This document shows positions 33,801 through 38,735 of a stretch of 38,735 bases of DNA, piece after piece. The position numbers were made by a program, and so were the translations under genes. Where the stretch lies: contig CAZXMB010000003.1 of assembly GCA_964641715.1 (NCBI GenBank), positions 1 through 38,735 of the forward strand, read 5' to 3'. Origin of the DNA: an uncultured Syntrophaceae bacterium. GTDB taxonomy: Bacteria > Desulfobacterota > BSN033 > UBA1163. Within the stretch, counting starts at the first letter, position 1. Each line of letters starts with the position of its first letter. Under the pieces are notes generated by a model. It worked only from the letters and a program-made list of their open reading frames with translations. It was not told the DNA's origin and did not search any database.

Positions 33801-34763
33801 ATGCACTTTGACCTGGGTTTTGTTTATATCATTGTGCAAGTCATCTTTTTAGAAGGCATCCTCTCCATTGATAATGCTGCCGTGCTGGGCGCCATGGTCT
33901 CTATTCTTCCGAAAGACAAGATGGTCCCTTGGCCAGGACCTCTTAAATTCCTTGGACATCCAGTTCATCGCCTTCTGGGCGGCCAAAGGCCAGCCGCCCT
34001 TAAAGTTGGCCTCCTGGGCGCTTATCTTGGCCGTGGTATCATGCTTGTTGTTGCCAACTTTGTCATCCACAACCCCTTCCTTAAAATCCTGGGCGCTGCC
34101 TATCTAATCAAACTGGCCTTCGAAAATCTCGGAGAGCCAGAAGCTGGAGAAGAGACTCAGACCAAGGCAAGAAGTGTAGAGGGCAAAGGTTTCTGGGGCG
34201 TCGTCTTAGCCGTGGAGTTAGCTGATCTTGCCTTTTCTCTTGACAATGTAGTAGCCGTAGTCGCCCTCTCAGATAAGCTTTACATTGTGATGTTTGGTGT
34301 GGCTATCGGTATTATCACCATGCGTTTTGCGGCAGGAATATTCACGTTGATGATTATGAAGGAGCCCGTCCTCAAGCCGGCTGCGTATATTGTAGTATTT
34401 AATATTGGCACAGAATTGTTGTTGAGTGAGTTTGCTCATATTGAGTTTAGTAGTGCCTTAAAGTTCATGATTTCTGCTGGAACCTTGATTCTGGCTGTGG
34501 TTTATGCCCACATCAAACTGCTCCACATAATCCAACCTGTTTTCACTTGGTTAGGGCAGGGGATGGACAACATTAATGAGCTTCTCGATTGGTTGTTAAA
34601 GCCAGTATGGCTGGCCTTCAAGATACTCTTCCGGCTTATTGGTTCTGTTCTCCGTCCTATCGTTGCTCTTTTAGGGCATAAGTCAGAAACTGTATCACAT
34701 GAAGATCGAGTGGTTTTCGATGGCGATTGTGACAAAGGAAAGGAGGCAGGAGGCAAACGATAG
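33801..34763 (+). CDS. TerC/Alx-family integral membrane protein
   Basis: Duplicated signature ILSIDNAAVLGA and LAFSLDNVVAVVAL, with multiple TM helices. Confidence 0.85.
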   Translation: MHFDLGFVYIIVQVIFLEGILSIDNAAVLGAMVSILPKDKMVPWPGPLKFLGHPVHRLLGGQRPAALKVGLLGAYLGRGIMLVVANFVIHNPFLKILGAAYLIKLAFENLGEPEAGEETQTKARSVEGKGFWGVVLAVELADLAFSLDNVVAVVALSDKLYIVMFGVAIGIITMRFAAGIFTLMIMKEPVLKPAAYIVVFNIGTELLLSEFAHIEFSSALKFMISAGTLILAVVYAHIKLLHIIQPVFTWLGQGMDNINELLDWLLKPVWLAFKILFRLIGSVLRPIVALLGHKSETVSHEDRVVFDGDCDKGKEAGGKR

Positions 34764-34808
34764 GTTACTTGTCTAATATTTGCTTTTCGCCCAAGTGATC
34801 TTTAAATG

Positions 34809-34843
34809 AGCCTTCTCAGATCCTTCTTGAGAGGGCTTTTTAT
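34809..34843 (+). terminator. Rho-independent terminator after terC
   Basis: AGCCTTCTCA-N9-TGAGAGGGCT (one mismatch) followed by TTTTATT. Confidence 0.6.
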
Positions 34844-34889
34844 TCTCTTGTGGAATTGCCGGTAATTTCTTAAGATAATGGTCAAATAG

Positions 34890-35024
34890 CAAATTCGAAG
34901 CACGAAATCCTAAATTCGAAACAATCTCAAATGTTCAAAATTCAAATGTTCCAAACCAAAATTTTAAATTTTGATATTTGAATTTTGAATTTGTTTCGAA
35001 TTTCGATATTCGGATTTAGGATTT
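34890..35024. repeat. 135-nt AT-rich imperfect inverted repeat, CAAATTC(C/G)AAGCAC(C/G)AA family
   Basis: The arms share AAATCCTAAAT, TTCGAAACAA, TTCAAAATTCAAAT and CAAAATT in mirrored order around about 34965. The left end, CAAATTCGAAGCACGAAAT, matches 37219 and 24862. Confidence 0.7.
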
Positions 35025-35041
35025 TAATTTAGGGAGGAGGG

Positions 35042-35566
35042 ATGATGAAAAAGCCTCTGGTTGGAATTCTGATGGGAAGTGAGAGTGATTTGACGGTCAT
35101 GGAGAAGGCAACGGAGGTTTTAAAAGAGATGGGTGTCCCCCATGAGATGGATGTGAGATCAGCCCATCGGCTCCCTGAAAAAACCGCCCGCTATGCTAAG
35201 ACAGCGAGAAGGCGCGGCATTGAAGTATTGATCGCAGGAGCCGGAATGGCGGCTCACCTTGCAGGAGTTTTAGCCAGCCATACGACCCTTCCTGTCATCG
35301 GTGTTCCGATCAAATCAGGGGCACTCAATGGTGCGGATGCCCTCTATTCCACCGTCCAAATGCCTCCCGGAGTTCCAGTGGCTACAGTGGGAATTGATGG
35401 TGCAAAAAACGCGGCTTATCTGGCCTGTGAGATCCTCTCGATCAAATACCCGGAAATTGCAAAGAGGTTGGAGGACTTTAGAAGAAGGATGGGAGAATCT
35501 TTGGAAAAGAAATCGAAGGCCCTCAAAAAGGCCCCTCTCACCCTTACCCCGAACCGTTCGGCCTGA
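35042..35566 (+). CDS. purE: 5-(carboxyamino)imidazole ribonucleotide mutase (class I PurE)
   Basis: [39 protein letters not shown]. Confidence 0.9.
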   Translation: MMKKPLVGILMGSESDLTVMEKATEVLKEMGVPHEMDVRSAHRLPEKTARYAKTARRRGIEVLIAGAGMAAHLAGVLASHTTLPVIGVPIKSGALNGADALYSTVQMPPGVPVATVGIDGAKNAAYLACEILSIKYPEIAKRLEDFRRRMGESLEKKSKALKKAPLTLTPNRSA

Positions 35567-35587
35567 GGCTCTCGAAGGGCGAACGGT
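35553..35587. repeat. Short palindromic element overlapping the purE stop
   Basis: ACCGTTCG-N19-CGAACGGT (8-bp stem). Its left arm encodes the last residues of PurE (..TPNRSA). Confidence 0.5.
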
Positions 35588-35605
35588 GAATTACGGCAAG
35601 ACGAG

Positions 35606-36589
35606 ATGAAGCAGGATAAGCTGATCCATCAAGCCGCAGAGATCATCAAAAAAGGAGGTATCGTTGCCTTTCCGACGGAGACGGTTTACGGTTTGGGAGG
35701 GGATGCCTTCAATCCTATGGCTGTGGCTCGGGTCTTTGAGGTGAAGGGGAGGCCCTCCTTTGACCCGTTAATCGTTCATGTGGCAGAGAATTATGATCTC
35801 GTCCAGTTGGTCAGTAAGGTTCCACCCGATGCTCAAAAATTGATCGAACGATTCTGGCCCGGCCCTCTGACGGTGGTTCTCTTAAAAAGAGATAATGTTC
35901 CCGATATTGTCACAGCCGGCCTTCCCACCGTTGCCGTTCGAATGCCAAGGCATCCGATGACACTGAAGTTCATCGAACTCTCAGGATCTCCCATTGTTGG
36001 GCCGAGCGCCAATCCCTTTGGTTATCTAAGCCCAACCACAGCAGAGCATGTTCGAGACCAATTGGGCGATCAAATCGACTTTATTCTGGATGGGGGACAC
36101 TGTGAAGTGGGGGTGGAATCGACGATCGTCTCTTTCTTTGAAAAGAGGCCCAAATTGTTGAGGCCGGGCGGAGTCCCTCTTGAAGAGATTGAATCCATCA
36201 TCGGAAAGGTCGAAATCGGGCCTTTCCATGAAGAAGGCCCCCCTGCCGCCGGCATGCTTCCAAGACATTATGCTCTAAGGACACCTGTCCTGCTCGATTG
36301 GTCTGAAAAGAATATCGATAATCTCAGGGATAAAAGAATCGGGTTTCTCGCTTTTCAGGAGCCGAAATCCTTTCTAAAATTCACTCATATCGAAGTGCTT
36401 TCAAAAAAGGGGGATTTAAGAGAGGCAGCGGCAAACCTCTTCTTTGCTATACGGCAACTGGATGCCCTTAATTTAGACCTGATCCTGGCGGAAGGAGTTC
36501 CCGAAGCGGGGTTAGGACGGGCGATCATGGACCGTCTCCGTCGCGCCAGCAGAAACCGATTTGCAGACTCTTCGCTTCGCTCAGAGTGA
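35606..36589 (+). CDS. tsaC: L-threonylcarbamoyladenylate synthase (Sua5/YwlC long form)
   Basis: GGIVAFPTETVYGLGGDAFN, KGRPSFDPLIVHV, GPSANPFG, plus the C-terminal Sua5 domain. Confidence 0.9.
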   Translation: MKQDKLIHQAAEIIKKGGIVAFPTETVYGLGGDAFNPMAVARVFEVKGRPSFDPLIVHVAENYDLVQLVSKVPPDAQKLIERFWPGPLTVVLLKRDNVPDIVTAGLPTVAVRMPRHPMTLKFIELSGSPIVGPSANPFGYLSPTTAEHVRDQLGDQIDFILDGGHCEVGVESTIVSFFEKRPKLLRPGGVPLEEIESIIGKVEIGPFHEEGPPAAGMLPRHYALRTPVLLDWSEKNIDNLRDKRIGFLAFQEPKSFLKFTHIEVLSKKGDLREAAANLFFAIRQLDALNLDLILAEGVPEAGLGRAIMDRLRRASRNRFADSSLRSE

Positions 36590-36600
36590 CAGATCAGATT

Positions 36601-36650
36601 GTCATTCTGAGGAGTCCCGCCTTGACGGGACGACGAAGAATCTCAGAATC
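36601..36650. repeat. Nested hairpin element (GTCATTCTGAGG..GAAGAATC family), probable terminator of tsaC
   Basis: Outer stem ATTCTGAG/CTCAGAAT and inner stem GTCCCG-CCTTGA-CGGGAC. A related inverted half-copy (CTCAGAGTGAC) forms the tsaC 3' end at 36581-36591. Confidence 0.55.
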
Positions 36651-36661
36651 AATATAAAACA

Positions 36662-37246
36662 ATGAAAAAAATCGTCTTAAGTATTTTATTCTTTTTTTTA
36701 CTTTCCACTTTCTCCGTTTCAAAATCTATCGGTTTACCGGCAGAGGATATCCAGCTTGTGACGGATTCCCAGTACTTTCAAGTGGCAAAAAAGATGATCC
36801 AGGAGGCGAAGTCTTCGATTCAAATTATGATGTTTGAGATGGGATATTATGAGAAATATCCTCAGACCCCTTCCAATCTTCTCGTCAGGGAATTGATCGA
36901 TGCGAAGAGGAGGGGCGTAAAGGTAGAGGTAATTTTAGAGGTGAAGGAAGGAAAGGATCGGACAACTGAAAGAAATATACAGACCGGAAAGGTCCTATCA
37001 TCTGGAGGCGTGGATGTGATTTATGATCCCCTCTTTAAAACCACCCATGCTAAATTTATAGTTGCCGATGAATATCTTGTCCTCTTAGGAAGCACAAACT
37101 GGACCTACTATGCCCTGACGAATAATCATGAAGTCTCTGTCCTCATTCGATCGAAAGAGTTGGCGAGAGAATTGACGGACTATTTTAATCGGGTGAAGGC
37201 CACCGGCACTAAAAATTCCAAATTCCAAGCACCAATATCCAAATAA
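36662..37246 (+). CDS. Secreted phospholipase D-family protein (single HKD motif, Nuc-like nuclease/phosphodiesterase)
   Basis: Signal peptide MKKIVLSILFFFLLSTFS and the HKD motif HAKFIVADEYLVLLGSTNWT. Confidence 0.8.
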   Translation: MKKIVLSILFFFLLSTFSVSKSIGLPAEDIQLVTDSQYFQVAKKMIQEAKSSIQIMMFEMGYYEKYPQTPSNLLVRELIDAKRRGVKVEVILEVKEGKDRTTERNIQTGKVLSSGGVDVIYDPLFKTTHAKFIVADEYLVLLGSTNWTYYALTNNHEVSVLIRSKELARELTDYFNRVKATGTKNSKFQAPISK

Positions 37247-37338
37247 TTTCCAATCACCAATAATCAAAGTTTTGACAATTGGAATTTGGTTATTGGATAT
37301 TATTTGGGGTTTGGAGTTTGTGATTTGGTGCTTGAGGT
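37211..37338. repeat. 128-nt imperfect inverted repeat, CAAATTC(C/G)AAGCAC(C/G)AA family
   Basis: Left arm: CCAAATTCCAAGCACCAAT..CCAAATAAT..CCAATCACCAA. Right arm, reverse-complemented: CAAGCACCAAA..CCAAATAAT..CCAATAACCAAA. The left arm encodes the last 12 codons of the PLD-like ORF. Confidence 0.65.
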
Positions 37339-37344
37339 TTAAGG

Positions 37345-38112
37345 ATGCTGATTGATTCTCACGCTCACTTAGAAATGCCTGAGTTTAGAAAGGATCTGGA
37401 GGCAGTGATCCAGAGGGCCAAGGCTTCGGGCGTGGAATATATCTTTACCGTAGGAACGGAGAAGAGGGACTGGAAAAGGGCCCTTGAGATTGCCCATGCT
37501 CATTCCCTGATCTACGCTATTTTAGGTGTCCATCCCCAGAATGCAAAGGAGATTGATGGCGAGACCTATTCGACCTTGAGAGATCTCTGTCAGGATGAAA
37601 AAGTAAAGGCGCTCGGAGAGATCGGATTGGATTTTTACAGGAACCTTTCGCCGAAAGAAGTCCAATTAAAGAGGTTCCGTGAACAGGTCGAACTCGCACG
37701 GGAGTTAAAACTTCCCATCGTGGTTCATGACCGGGAGGCCCATGTGGAGACGATCCGGATACTGAGATCTGAGAAGGCATTGGAGTGTGGAGGGATCATC
37801 CACTGTTTTTCCGGAGATGATGAGATGGCGAAGGCCTGTATCGACATGGGATTCTACATCTCGATTCCCGGAAGCATCACCTTTAAAAACGCATCAGGAT
37901 TGAGAGAAACAGTCAAGAAACTCCCATTGGATTCTCTTCTGGTTGAGACCGATGCCCCTTTCTTAACTCCTGAGCCCTTTCGGGGGAAGAGAAACGAGCC
38001 GGGTTTCGTTCGATATACGGCACAGAAGATCGCAGAGATTAAAAAGGTCCCTTTTGAAAAGGTGGCTGAAGCGAGCTCGGAAAATGCCCTGCGGGTTTAT
38101 CGTTTGAAATAG
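37345..38112 (+). CDS. tatD: TatD-family metal-dependent hydrolase/DNase
   Basis: MLIDSHAHLE, GEIGLDFY, VVHDREAH, HCFSG, ETDAPFLTP. Confidence 0.9.
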   Translation: MLIDSHAHLEMPEFRKDLEAVIQRAKASGVEYIFTVGTEKRDWKRALEIAHAHSLIYAILGVHPQNAKEIDGETYSTLRDLCQDEKVKALGEIGLDFYRNLSPKEVQLKRFREQVELARELKLPIVVHDREAHVETIRILRSEKALECGGIIHCFSGDDEMAKACIDMGFYISIPGSITFKNASGLRETVKKLPLDSLLVETDAPFLTPEPFRGKRNEPGFVRYTAQKIAEIKKVPFEKVAEASSENALRVYRLK

Positions 38113-38139
38113 TCCCTGCCTTTTAGAGGGTTAGGGAGG

Positions 38140-38735
38140 ATGATTGATATGAGGCGCCGCGAAAAGAATTTCGTTGAAGAAATACGGAGAATCCTCTCCG
38201 AGAGGGAGAGGAGGACCATTGAACAACCTTCTTATTCTCATGCGGCAGTTCTGGTCCCTCTCTTTAGGAAGGAAGGAAACTGTCACCTCCTTTTTACCAA
38301 GAGGACCGATCAGGTCAAATACCATAAGGGAGAAATCTCTTTTCCCGGGGGAATGGCGGACAGAGGAGATTTGAACCTGGAGAAGACAGCGCTCCGGGAG
38401 GCGAACGAGGAGATCGGGCTTAACGAGAGGGATGTGGAGATCGTCGGTGTATTGGATGATATTGTGACCAGCACTGAATTCATCGTTACGCCATTTGTAG
38501 GCCTTTTCCCTTACCCCTATCCGTTTAAACCGAGTCCCGTTGAGATTGCAGAGCTGATCGAAATCCCTCTTTCCTTCTTACTGGACGAAGAGTCTTTCGG
38601 CGAAAGGGAGATCAACAGGTTGGGTCGAAAAGAGGTGATCTATGCCTATCAGTATGGAGACCATCTCATCTGGGGGGCGACGGCGAGAATCCTGAAACAG
38701 TTTTTGGATTTGATTTCCCCTCATGAGAGTTTTTA
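38140..38735 (+). CDS. Nudix hydrolase, CoA pyrophosphatase-like (3' partial, runs off the window)
   Basis: Not in the ORF track because there is no stop. The ATG at 38140 follows AGGGAGG. Nudix box: GEISFPGGMADRGDLNLEKTALREANEEIGL. Upstream: AAVLVPL..LLFTKR. Confidence 0.8.
   Translation, partial: MIDMRRREKNFVEEIRRILSERERRTIEQPSYSHAAVLVPLFRKEGNCHLLFTKRTDQVKYHKGEISFPGGMADRGDLNLEKTALREANEEIGLNERDVEIVGVLDDIVTSTEFIVTPFVGLFPYPYPFKPSPVEIAELIEIPLSFLLDEESFGEREINRLGRKEVIYAYQYGDHLIWGATARILKQFLDLISPHESF

Noticed and set aside
24861-37338. Whether the dispersed repeats could be a CRISPR array or degenerate array fragments.
   Set aside because: The copies are inverted rather than direct and lie kilobases apart. 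They lack regular repeat-spacer periodicity, and no cas genes are present.

Overview
This is a 38,735-bp chromosomal segment of a mid-GC bacterium, probably an uncultured anaerobe. I saw no rRNA, tRNA, CRISPR array, transposase or integrase. Content from left to right: (1) A plus-strand sulfur-assimilation block: Rrf2 regulator, YezD/DUF2292, YeiH-like transporter, siroheme synthase CysG, a ferredoxin-type sulfite reductase with a C-terminal TusA domain, and a ThiF/MoeB E1-like adenylyltransferase. (2) A convergent minus-strand selenium block: yedF, a transglutaminase-like protein and selD. selD is itself a selenoprotein, with an in-frame TGA at 7613-7615 and a SECIS-like hairpin; the ORF track truncates it. 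A radical SAM/SPASM gene is transcribed divergently from this block. (3) An AT-rich islet of about 2 kb, bounded by a 38-bp imperfect direct repeat, with two PD-(D/E)xK nuclease candidates and no methyltransferase. (4) rmuC. (5) An eight-gene minus-strand operon: GntR, TRAP dctPQM, VOC/epimerase, PaaK-like ligase, HyuB and HyuA. (6) A small tandem-domain protein with a MoaD/ThiS-like GG protein, a TPR protein and a DsbC-like protein. (7) A 1421-aa double-activase/dehydratase-like fusion followed by orphan oadG/oadB. (8) TerC, purE, tsaC, a PLD-like nuclease, tatD and a partial Nudix CoA pyrophosphatase. Intergenic space holds several families of long palindromic (REP/MITE-like) elements. Some of them supply the 3' ends of ORFs, and one lies in frame inside the 1421-aa gene. 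All functional calls come from motif recognition by eye; no database search or computation was possible.
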